Of a stretch of DNA of 64,000 nt, positions 25,181-33,755 are shown in pieces. The number at the start of each line of letters is the position of its first letter. Positions within the stretch are counted from its first letter, which is position 1. A program made the translations under genes and the position numbers. Source of the DNA: an uncultured delta proteobacterium (GTDB lineage: Bacteria > Myxococcota > Myxococcia > Myxococcales > Anaeromyxobacteraceae); the NCBI GenBank assembly GCA_963828255.1, contig CAWHDZ010000007.1, positions 128,001 to 192,000 on the forward strand. Direction: 5' to 3'. The notes below the pieces were generated by a model. That model was not told where the DNA came from. It saw nothing but the letters and a program-made list of their open reading frames with translations, and searched no databases.

Positions 25181-27151
25181 TTGCGCCTTCGCCTCCCCCC
25201 GGTAGCACTCCTCCTCGCGGTCCTCGTCTCGGCCTGCGGGGAGGGGGGTGACTCGCCGCCCCCGGTCGCCTCGGTCACCGTGACGCTCGCGAGCCCGAGC
25301 CTGGGCGCCGGCCTGGGTACCACTGCGACCGCGACCCTCCGCGACGGGTCGGGCAACGTGCTCACCGGCCGGACGGTGACCTGGTCCTCCTCCGCGCCGT
25401 CGGTGGCGTCCGTCTCGGGCGCGGGCGTCGTCACCGCCCTCGTTCCCGGAAGGGCGACCATCACTGCCCGGAGCGAGGGGCAGACCGGGCAGGCCGGCCT
25501 CACCGTGACCGTGAACCCGGTCCAGACGGTGACGGTCACGCTCGCGAACGCCAACCTCTCCCAGGGCTCGACCACGCAGGCGACGGCGACCGTCCGCGAC
25601 GCCGGAGGCAACGTCATGGCCGGGCGCGTCGTCGCCTGGTCGTCGTCGGCGACGGGCGTGGCGAGCGTCACGGCGGGAGGGGCGGTGACCGCCGTCGGCC
25701 CCGGTGCGGTGTTCATCACCGCCACCTGCGAGGGCAAGTCCGGCCAGGCGGTGCTCAACGTCGAGGCGATCTCGGTGGCGAGCGTCACGGTGAGCCTGTC
25801 CTCTCCTCGGGTGGGGGTGGGCATGATCTCCCAGGGCTGGGCCGTCCTGCGGGACGCCGCCGGGAACGCGCTCTCCGGCCGGAAGGTGACATGGACCTCA
25901 TCGGCCCCGGCCGTCGCGACGGTCACCAACACCGGGGTGGTCACGTCTGTAGGGCTGGGTGCATCCACACTCACCGCCACCAGCGAGGGATTCTCGGGAT
26001 CGGCGGCGATCACCGTCACCGCCATGTACGCGCTGACCTCGCTCTCCCAGACCTCGGCGCCGTACACCGCCGTGATCCAGGCGCCTGGCGTGAGGGTGAC
26101 CGACGGGAGCGGCAATCCGCTCGCCGGGGTCTCGGTGAGCTTCTCGGTCTCCGGCGGCGGGGGAACCGTCAGCCCGGCATCCGTCGTCACCGACGCGAAT
26201 GGCGCGGCCTCGCTCGCCTCCTGGGCCTTTGGCCCGGCCGGCGAGCAGTCGGTCACCGCCTCGTCGTCGTCGGGCCCCGACGTGACCTTCTCCGGCCTTT
26301 CCCGGCCCGCTTCGGCGGGCTACGACGTCAACTTCACGTTCCTGACCCCGATGTCCCCAGCGAACCTCAGGGCCTTCGTGAACGCCAAGGAGCGGATCCA
26401 GGAGTTCGTGACCGGCGACCTCGTTGACGCCCGGATCAACTTCACGGCCGCGGAGATGGCCGAATGCGGCGGTGTTGCGATCAACCAGATTGTCGACGAC
26501 ATGCTCATCCTCGTCGAGGTCAAGTCGATCGACGGGCCGGGTGGCATCCTCGCCCAGGCGGGAACCTGCATCTCGCGGGCCGGGACGCCCTCTTTTCCCG
26601 CGGTGGGCCGGATGCAGTTCGACGGCGACGACCTCTCGGCGCTCGAGGCGGCGGGCCGGGTCGAATACGTGGTCCTGCACGAGATGATGCACGTGATCGG
26701 CTTCGGCACGATGTGGCCCTCGGCCGGCTTCCTGGCGGGCTCGACGACGATCACGCCCTACTTCACCGGCCCGGGAGCCCTCTCGGCCTTCGACACCTTC
26801 AACGGAGGCACGACCTACCCGGGCGCGAAGGTGCCGGTCGAGGGTTCCACCGGCCAGGCGGGCACCGACAAAGTCCACTGGCGCGAGTCCGACTTCGACG
26901 ACGAACTCATGACCGGCTTCCTGAACGGGAGGGTCTTCAACCCGATCAGCGCGACCACCGTCGCCTCCCTCGCGGACCTCGGATACACGGTCGCACCGCT
27001 CACACAGGCCGATCCGTTCCGGTGGGGTGCGGCGACCGTGGCGCTCCGCGCGGCCCTGCAAGATGGCGAGCCGCCGCTCCGCATGGTGAACGACGTCATC
27101 CACGGGCCGATCCTGACCGTCGGCCCCGACGGGAGGCCGCTCTTCCCGTAA
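25181..27151 (+). CDS. Lipoprotein with Ig-like repeats and a leishmanolysin-like (M8) zinc metalloprotease domain
   Basis: Lipobox VSAC; three VTWSSS..VASV-type repeats; HEMMHVIGFG; HWRE..ELMT. Confidence 0.8.
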   Translation: MRLRLPPVALLLAVLVSACGEGGDSPPPVASVTVTLASPSLGAGLGTTATATLRDGSGNVLTGRTVTWSSSAPSVASVSGAGVVTALVPGRATITARSEGQTGQAGLTVTVNPVQTVTVTLANANLSQGSTTQATATVRDAGGNVMAGRVVAWSSSATGVASVTAGGAVTAVGPGAVFITATCEGKSGQAVLNVEAISVASVTVSLSSPRVGVGMISQGWAVLRDAAGNALSGRKVTWTSSAPAVATVTNTGVVTSVGLGASTLTATSEGFSGSAAITVTAMYALTSLSQTSAPYTAVIQAPGVRVTDGSGNPLAGVSVSFSVSGGGGTVSPASVVTDANGAASLASWAFGPAGEQSVTASSSSGPDVTFSGLSRPASAGYDVNFTFLTPMSPANLRAFVNAKERIQEFVTGDLVDARINFTAAEMAECGGVAINQIVDDMLILVEVKSIDGPGGILAQAGTCISRAGTPSFPAVGRMQFDGDDLSALEAAGRVEYVVLHEMMHVIGFGTMWPSAGFLAGSTTITPYFTGPGALSAFDTFNGGTTYPGAKVPVEGSTGQAGTDKVHWRESDFDDELMTGFLNGRVFNPISATTVASLADLGYTVAPLTQADPFRWGAATVALRAALQDGEPPLRMVNDVIHGPILTVGPDGRPLFP

Positions 27152-27158
27152 AGCGGGG

Positions 27159-28517
27159 CTACCGCCGCTTCGGCTTCCAGGTGCCGAGCGACGTCGGCTT
27201 GCGCGCCGGTGCCGGACTTCCCTCGGCGGCGCTGGCTTCACGCGGCGTGTGGGCGCCGCGGTTGTGCCCGTGTCCGTGCCCCCCTCCGCGCTGCCGGGCC
27301 GACTCCGGGCGCCGGCTCTGGCCCCCGCCGCCCGGGCGCCGGTGCGGCGGCACTCCCTGGTTGGCCCGCCCCTCCGCGGCGCGGGCCGCCTCGACCTGGA
27401 AGACCTCCTCGCCGCGCGGAACATCGGCACGGGGCAGGGCCTTGCGGGTGAGCTTCTCGATGTCGCGGAGCAGGGAGGTCTCCTCGGGGGAGGAGAAGGC
27501 CGAGGCCCTGCCCGTGGCCTCGGCGCGGGCGGTTCGCCCGACCCGGTGGACGTAGTCCTCGGCGACGTGGGGCAGGTCGAAGTTCACCACGTGGCCGATC
27601 TCGGCCACGTCGATGCCGCGGGCCGCGATGTCGGTGGCCACCAGCACCCGGTAGGTCCCGTCCTTGAAGCCGTCGAGGGCCATGCGCCGCTGCCCCTGGG
27701 TGCGGTCGGCGTGGATGCGGGCGGTCTTGTGGCCGGCCCGGGCCACCGCCTTCCAGACCCGGTCGGCGCGCCGCTTGGTGCGTGTGAAGACCAGCGTGGA
27801 GAGGCCGTCCTTGGCGAGCAAGGCGAGGAGCAGCGGGACCTTCTCCTCCTGCGAGACCAGGAACACCTGCTGCTCGGCGCGGGCGGCGGTGGTGCCGCTG
27901 CGCACCACCTCGACGCGCACCGGGTCCTTGAGGTGCGTGGCCGCGAACTCCGCCACCTCGCCTCCCATGGTTGCCGAGAAGAGCATGGTCTGGCGCGCCC
28001 GCGGCAGCCGCTGGAGGATCTGGTTGAGCTGGGGCTTGAACCCCATGTCGAGCATCCGGTCGGCCTCGTCGAGCACCAGCACCTCGACGTCGTCGAGGCG
28101 CGCCGTCCGCTGCTGGAGGTGGTCCACGAGCCGCCCCGGGGTGGCGATGATCACCTCGCGCCGATCCTTGAAGGCCTGGGTCTGGGGCGACATGCCCACG
28201 CCGCCGATGACCACCGCGCCGCGGACCCGCGTTCCCTTGCCGAAGCGCTCCAGCTCCTCGCCGATCTGCAGCGCCAGCTCCCGCGTCGGGGCCAGGATGA
28301 GCGCGCGCGTCCCGGTCTTGCCCGCCAGCCTCTCGATGATGGGGAAGAGGAAGGCCGCCGTCTTGCCGGTTCCGGTGGCCGCGGTGCCGATGACGTCCCT
28401 CCCGGCGAGCGCCGGCGGGATGGCCTGCGCCTGGATGGGCGTGGGCTGCTCGAAGCCGGCGCGGTCGAGGGCGTGGAGCGACTTCTCGGAGAGCTTCAGG
28501 TCGGCGAAGGTGGTCAC
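27159..28517 (-). CDS. DEAD-box RNA helicase (RhlE-like)
   Basis: PTPIQ, TGTGKT, PTRELA, DEAD, SAT, HRVGRTAR. Confidence 0.95.
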   Translation of the reverse strand: MTTFADLKLSEKSLHALDRAGFEQPTPIQAQAIPPALAGRDVIGTAATGTGKTAAFLFPIIERLAGKTGTRALILAPTRELALQIGEELERFGKGTRVRGAVVIGGVGMSPQTQAFKDRREVIIATPGRLVDHLQQRTARLDDVEVLVLDEADRMLDMGFKPQLNQILQRLPRARQTMLFSATMGGEVAEFAATHLKDPVRVEVVRSGTTAARAEQQVFLVSQEEKVPLLLALLAKDGLSTLVFTRTKRRADRVWKAVARAGHKTARIHADRTQGQRRMALDGFKDGTYRVLVATDIAARGIDVAEIGHVVNFDLPHVAEDYVHRVGRTARAEATGRASAFSSPEETSLLRDIEKLTRKALPRADVPRGEEVFQVEAARAAEGRANQGVPPHRRPGGGGQSRRPESARQRGGGHGHGHNRGAHTPREASAAEGSPAPARKPTSLGTWKPKRR

Positions 28518-28538
28518 GGGCCCCGTTATCTCACGGTT

Positions 28539-28895
28539 TCAGCTCATCCAGAGGACGAGGAGCGCCAGCGCGGCCGGCGCCGCCTGGACGTAGAGGATGA
28601 CGTGCTGCACGGAGACCGAGCCGTAGACCCCGGCGGCGAAGACGCAGAGCAGGAAGAAGGAGGCGCGTGGAACGAGCTGCTCCGGGCCGGACAGGAGCGC
28701 CCAGACGAGCCCCGTGGCCAGGAAGCCGTTGTAGAGCCCCTGGTTGGCGGCCAGCTGGGCGGTCATCTCCGCCTTCTCCGTGCTCATCCGGAAGAGCCGC
28801 CTGGCCCGGGTGCGCCAGAGGAACATCTCCAGGACCATGAAGTAGAGGTGCAGCACGGCCACGAGCAGGATCAGGGCGACGGCGGCGGTTCGCAT
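28539..28895 (-). CDS. DUF1304 membrane protein
   Basis: HLYFMVLEMFLW; LAANQGLYNGFLA. Confidence 0.88.
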   Translation of the reverse strand: MRTAAVALILLVAVLHLYFMVLEMFLWRTRARRLFRMSTEKAEMTAQLAANQGLYNGFLATGLVWALLSGPEQLVPRASFFLLCVFAAGVYGSVSVQHVILYVQAAPAALALLVLWMS

Positions 28896-29031
28896 GGAGC
28901 CTGCTTAACCGGCCGTGGAGGGAAGTGGGGGTCGATGTGGGAGGCGGGAATGCAACTCCCTCGTGGGATGCACCGGCCGGGCGGGCCCCCGTACACTCCG
29001 GGTCGTAGTCGGTCACGCCAGAGGGGGTCAC

Positions 29032-29292
29032 GTGAGCGCATCGAACTGGGAAGGCTCCGTCTGGAGCCACCGAAGCGGCCGGGTCGTCATCGGAAGGCTT
29101 CGCGAGGTGCAGGGAAGCACGGCCACGCTGGCGGTGGTCGGCCTGGGCCCGGACGTGCCGGAAGGGGCTCGCGTCCTCCCGCCGGACAAGGGTGGGGCCT
29201 CGCTCCTGCAGATCCCGCTCCTGATGCTGTTCGGTCGGTGGAAGCGGCTCGGCCGGGACGCCGGGCATTGCGCCACGCCCCAGGGAGGCTGA
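29032..29292 (+). CDS. Hypothetical protein
   Basis: Fills the intergenic gap; GAGG upstream of GTG. Confidence 0.4.
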   Translation: MSASNWEGSVWSHRSGRVVIGRLREVQGSTATLAVVGLGPDVPEGARVLPPDKGGASLLQIPLLMLFGRWKRLGRDAGHCATPQGG

Positions 29293-29295
29293 CGT

Positions 29296-29841
29296 CTAGG
29301 GCCTCACCCGCGCGTACTCCACCACCTTCACGTCCGTCCAGCGCTCGCCCTCCCGGCGCTCCAGCGTCACCTCGAAGGCATCCGGCCCCTGCCTCCGCCA
29401 GATGGTTCGACGCACCGGCGGTGAACCATCGGCGTTGCGGTCCTGGAAGCGGTACACGCCCCGGTACAGCGTTGCCTCACTCCTCCGGAACGTCCCGTCA
29501 CTCGACCAGCGGAAGACCTCCAGGTTTCCGGTCCGCGGGTCCCAGGCCAGGACGGACTCCTCCTCGAGCTCGACGACCTTCGTTCCCCGGGGCGCCTCCA
29601 CCCGGGAGACCAGGCGGATGAACCGGCCGAACTGGATCGAGTAGCACTGCGTGTCGGCCGGCTTCCCGTCGGCGGTGGTGCCGCGCCAGCAGGCCCCGGC
29701 CAGCTCCCGGAGCCAGGTGTACCGGGTGAGCGGGTCCACCGGGTCTCCCCGCTTGAGCGGCTGGGGGAGCTGGGCGAGCGCGGCCGAGGCCAGGAGGGGG
29801 AGGAGGACGGCGACGCGGAGGAGGGTTCGGCCTGGGGTCAT
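29296..29841 (-). CDS. Secreted hypothetical protein (beta-barrel-like)
   Basis: Signal peptide; WLRELAGACWRG. Confidence 0.65.
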   Translation of the reverse strand: MTPGRTLLRVAVLLPLLASAALAQLPQPLKRGDPVDPLTRYTWLRELAGACWRGTTADGKPADTQCYSIQFGRFIRLVSRVEAPRGTKVVELEEESVLAWDPRTGNLEVFRWSSDGTFRRSEATLYRGVYRFQDRNADGSPPVRRTIWRRQGPDAFEVTLERREGERWTDVKVVEYARVRP

Positions 29842-29849
29842 GACCGACT

Positions 29850-31259
29850 CTACCCCGTCGCCGGCCAGGCGCTGAGGCGCCGCCGCTGGACCACCGCGAA
29901 CCGGGCGGTCAGGTTCCCGATGTCGTTCTCGCGCCCCAGCCCCACCAGGTCGAAGACCCCGCCGAAGCGGGTGTCGCCTCCGGCCAGCGCCAGCCACTTG
30001 CGGTTCTGGAGCATGAAGCCGTCCAGGTGGGTCCACTGGGGTTGGGTTCCCCACCCACGGGCCACGCCGATCCGGACGTAGGCGTCGGGAGGGATGCAGA
30101 CCATGCGGAACGCGCTCGGGTCGAGCCCGGCGGCCTCCACCGTCCGGCTCCCGTTCTCGAGCAGGGCGCGCTCGATCTGGAGCCGGCTCAGGCCGGAGCG
30201 GCGGTCGAGGCCGAGCGCCTCGAGCAGGGCGCGATTGGCCGGCTGGGATCCCGGGGCCGGCTCGTCGAAATCCTCCACCAGGAGGTCCTCGGCTGCGAGC
30301 TGCGGCAGGTAGCGCCCCCCTCCCGAGTTCACGAACGGCCGGTCCAGGTACATCTCGAGCTGGTCGCGCAGCGCCTCCGGCAGGTCGGCCGGCAAGGTGA
30401 CCGACAGGCGAAGCGCCCCGCTGGAAGCGTCCTCGGCCCCGCCCGTGCGGGGGCGCCAGGCGTTCCGGAAGAGCTCCTCCACGCCCCGCCGGCTCGACTT
30501 CATGTGAACCGGGGCGAGCCCCAGCCGCCCGGCCTTCTCGACGATCTCGTCCGGGAAGACGTGGGTCAGGTCGATGACGCGCCCGTCGTGCCGGCGCTCC
30601 GGGTCGTCCTTCGGCGCGCCCGCCCCGTTCTGCAGCTTCACCGAGATCTCCTGGACGGTCTTGAGATCGCCCCGGGCCAGCGCCTGGAGGGCCTGCTCGT
30701 GGAGACGCGCCGGAGTCCCGGACTGCGCCGCCGGCGCCTCGTCGCCGCCGTTCACCGGGACGCTCCGGAGGGCGCGCTCCCGCGACGCGTAGAGCTGCTC
30801 CCAGGCAGGGTCGAGTGCGCGGAGCTGATCGAGCCGTCGGAGCCCCGTCTCCCGGAGGCCCGGGAGCGCGCTCGATGCCACCCCCGCCAGCGCGCGCAGC
30901 CCCGGTGAGAAGGGATCCACGAGGACGTCGTCGAGGTCGTAGACCTTCTGGGCCACGGCCCGGATCTCGGCCGTCTCCTGGAGCCGGCGCTTCAGGGTGG
31001 CGAGCCGCGCGCTCAGCTCCTGGACGATCTTCCAGTCCTGGATCCCCATCGCGCCGCGAATCCGGTCAGGGAGGAGGTCGGCCTCGGTCTGGGCCCGGGC
31101 GAGGGCCCGGAAGTCGGCCTCGCCCAGGTGCGGGGCGAGGAGTTCGCGGGCCCGGCGCAGGTACATGTCGCCGTAGACGGTGTCGAGGTGCACGAGCGCG
31201 TGGAGATCGTCCGCGGCCTTCCGGGCCGCGCTTCGCTGGGGGGTCTCGCTCGATTCCAT
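29850..31259 (-). CDS. Hypothetical protein
   Basis: Long ORF with host codon bias and GGAGG RBS; no motif recognised. Confidence 0.7.
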   Translation of the reverse strand: MESSETPQRSAARKAADDLHALVHLDTVYGDMYLRRARELLAPHLGEADFRALARAQTEADLLPDRIRGAMGIQDWKIVQELSARLATLKRRLQETAEIRAVAQKVYDLDDVLVDPFSPGLRALAGVASSALPGLRETGLRRLDQLRALDPAWEQLYASRERALRSVPVNGGDEAPAAQSGTPARLHEQALQALARGDLKTVQEISVKLQNGAGAPKDDPERRHDGRVIDLTHVFPDEIVEKAGRLGLAPVHMKSSRRGVEELFRNAWRPRTGGAEDASSGALRLSVTLPADLPEALRDQLEMYLDRPFVNSGGGRYLPQLAAEDLLVEDFDEPAPGSQPANRALLEALGLDRRSGLSRLQIERALLENGSRTVEAAGLDPSAFRMVCIPPDAYVRIGVARGWGTQPQWTHLDGFMLQNRKWLALAGGDTRFGGVFDLVGLGRENDIGNLTARFAVVQRRRLSAWPATG

Positions 31260-31335
31260 TCGCTTGCCTCCAAGACGGCGCGTCCCGGGCGCAAGATGGT
31301 GCGCCGCGGGCCGATTCCCGGCAGGATACACCGGC

Positions 31336-32388
31336 ATGCGCCCCGCACTCCTCGCAACCGCACTCCTCCTCGCCGCCTGCGCCACCGCGCCGGTGGCGCC
31401 CCCGGCCCCGCCCCCTGCCTCCCTCGTCCTGCCCGGGGAGCGGCACCTCGCCAACGTCCGCCAGCTCAGCTTCGGCGGCGAGAACGCGGAGGCCTACTGG
31501 TCCTTCGACGGAAAGCTGCTCGTCTTCCAGTCCACCCGCGACGGCGCTCCCTGCGACCAGCAGTACGTGATGGACGCGGACGGGTCGAAGGTCCGTCGGG
31601 TCTCGAACGGCAAGGGGCGGACGACCTGCGGCTACTTCTTCCCGGACGGGAGCCGCATCCTCTTCTCCTCCACCCACGAGGCCGATGCCGCCTGCCCGCC
31701 CCAGCCCGACATGAGCATGGGCTACGTGTGGCCGCTCTCCGACTACCAGATCTTCACCGCCCGTCCCGACGGGTCGGACCTCCGGGTCCTGGCTCCCTCG
31801 CCCGGCAAGTACACGGCCGAGGCCACGGTGTCGAAGGACGGCTGGATCGTCTTCACGTCCACCCGCGACGGCGACCTGGACATGTACAAGATGAAGCTCG
31901 ACGGGTCGGGATTGACCCGCCTCACGAGCGAGCCAGGCTACGACGGCGGCGCCTTCTTCTCGGCCGACGGCAAGCGCATCGTCTACCGGGCCAGCCGCCC
32001 CGCCCCGGGCAAGGAGATGGACGACTACCTGGCCCTGCTCGCACGCAAGCTCGTCCGCCCGAGCAAGCTCGAGATCATGACCATGGACGCCGACGGGTCG
32101 AACGTCCGGCAGGTGACGAAGCTCGGGGCCGGGTCCTTCGCCCCCTTCTTTCTCCCGGACGGGAAGCGGATCATCTTCTCGTCCAACGCCGGGGACCCGA
32201 AGGCGCGCAACTTCGACCTCTTCCTCGTGAACGACGACGGAACGGGCCTCGAAAGAGTCACCACCTACGAGGGCTTCGACGGCTTCCCGATGTTCTCACC
32301 GGACGGAAGGAAACTCGTCTTCGCATCCAATCGAAACGGGGCGAAGCGCGGGGAAACCAACCTCTTCGTCGCCGACTGGGTGGAATAG
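31336..32388 (+). CDS. TolB-like PD40 beta-propeller lipoprotein
   Basis: Lipobox LAAC; GENAEAYWSFDG, GYDGGAFFS, FDGFPMFSPDG. Confidence 0.88.
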   Translation: MRPALLATALLLAACATAPVAPPAPPPASLVLPGERHLANVRQLSFGGENAEAYWSFDGKLLVFQSTRDGAPCDQQYVMDADGSKVRRVSNGKGRTTCGYFFPDGSRILFSSTHEADAACPPQPDMSMGYVWPLSDYQIFTARPDGSDLRVLAPSPGKYTAEATVSKDGWIVFTSTRDGDLDMYKMKLDGSGLTRLTSEPGYDGGAFFSADGKRIVYRASRPAPGKEMDDYLALLARKLVRPSKLEIMTMDADGSNVRQVTKLGAGSFAPFFLPDGKRIIFSSNAGDPKARNFDLFLVNDDGTGLERVTTYEGFDGFPMFSPDGRKLVFASNRNGAKRGETNLFVADWVE

Positions 32389-32487
32389 GGGGGTCTATCA
32401 AATAAGCCCTGTCGGGGGTACAACAGAGCACAACTTCGCGACGACTTCCGTTCGTTCCGAACGGTCGCCTACGGAGAAGAGGCGGCC

Positions 32488-33528
32488 ATGAAAGAGATGT
32501 CGACGGGATCGCTGGTGAAGCACCGGTCACTGGGAATGGGCAAGGTGGTGGCCGTCGAGGCCAACGCCCTGCACGTCTTCTTCCCGGGGAGCGACACCCG
32601 ATACGCCGCCAAGCTCCGCTGGCCCGCCGTCAGCCCGTTCCTGAGCAGGGAAGACCTCGAGCCAAACGCCTGGCTGGAGGGGCTGACCTCCTTCGCCCTC
32701 GACTCGGTCTCCGGGCGCTACGCCCTGGCCGCCAATTTCATCAGTCAAGACGAGGCTATCGACCTCTTCCTGGAGGAGCACCCCAAGGGCTTCGCCGAGG
32801 TGCCGGTTGCACGCGCCGGTGGGGTCCGCCGCGAGCGCGCGGCCCGCTGGCGTGCCGCGGCCGCAGAGTGGATCGAGGTCTTCGGAAACGGGCAGGGGGA
32901 GCGGTACCTCGAGGACGGAAACTACGGGGAGCTCTCCCGCCGCGCCCTGCGGGTCGCCGCCCACGCCGCGGGAATCCCGGGCATGGTGGAGGTGGAGGAC
33001 CTGAAGGAGGCCTTCGAGCCGGGTGACGTCGTCCGCCACTACTTCGACGCCCTGTTCGGGTACCTGTCCGTGCCGTCCCCGGCGCGCGCCCGCTTCGAGA
33101 GGCTCTGCGCGGCCAGCAACGCACTGGGCGTCCCGGCCGACGCGGCCTGGCCCATGGCGACCTTCTTCCCCTTCGTCGCCGTGCCCTCCCGGCAGCTGGT
33201 CCTCGTGCCCCGCTCGGCCAGCGGCGGGGCGAGCCGGCTCGGCTGCGACCTCCAGTACCAGGCGGCGCCGAACTGGGTCACCTACTCGCGCCTCCGCGAT
33301 CTCTCCGCCCGGTTGCTCGAGAAGCTGCAGCCCAGCGGCGCCAAGGACCTCATCGACGTCGAGGTCTTCCTGCACGCCACGGGGGCGCGACGTCCGGCCG
33401 CCGCGGTGAAGCGCGCCCGCGCTGCGGCGGCGCCGAAGAACGGAAACGGCAAGAAGGCCGCCAAGGAAGTGAAGGCCAAGGAAGTGAAGGCCAAGGAAGT
33501 CCCGACCAAGTCCCGGAGGAAGCGATGA
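32488..33528 (+). CDS. Hypothetical protein with SH3-like N-terminus and basic tail
   Basis: GSLVKHRSLGMGKVV; DLIDVEVFL; AKEVK repeats. Confidence 0.7.
   Translation: MKEMSTGSLVKHRSLGMGKVVAVEANALHVFFPGSDTRYAAKLRWPAVSPFLSREDLEPNAWLEGLTSFALDSVSGRYALAANFISQDEAIDLFLEEHPKGFAEVPVARAGGVRRERAARWRAAAAEWIEVFGNGQGERYLEDGNYGELSRRALRVAAHAAGIPGMVEVEDLKEAFEPGDVVRHYFDALFGYLSVPSPARARFERLCAASNALGVPADAAWPMATFFPFVAVPSRQLVLVPRSASGGASRLGCDLQYQAAPNWVTYSRLRDLSARLLEKLQPSGAKDLIDVEVFLHATGARRPAAAVKRARAAAAPKNGNGKKAAKEVKAKEVKAKEVPTKSRRKR
33460..33500 (+). repeat. 15-bp in-frame tandem repeat, about 2.7 copies
   Basis: GCCAAGGAAGTGAAG repeated. Confidence 0.85.
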
Positions 33529-33731
33529 ACGACGAGTTCAAGGAGTTCAAGGGACGCATCCGCCGGCTCGACGCCATCCTCCTCGAGCGCGGACTCTCCG
33601 ACGCCGAGTTCGCGCAGGCGCTCAGCAAGGTCCGCCGGGCCGAGAAGCGGGGCGACCGGTCCCGCGAGCCGACCACCGAGCTGCGCACGCTCCTCGAGCG
33701 GGCGGAGGGGCTGGTTCCGAAGGTCGCCTGA
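33525..33731 (+). CDS. Small hypothetical protein
   Basis: ATGA coupling to the upstream gene. Confidence 0.6.
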   Translation: MNDEFKEFKGRIRRLDAILLERGLSDAEFAQALSKVRRAEKRGDRSREPTTELRTLLERAEGLVPKVA

Positions 33732-33755
33732 GGGTCCGTGCGGTAGGCTGAGGCC

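Noticed and set aside
32389..32487. AT-richer intergenic stretch as a riboswitch
   Set aside because: No recognisable aptamer consensus; probably a promoter region
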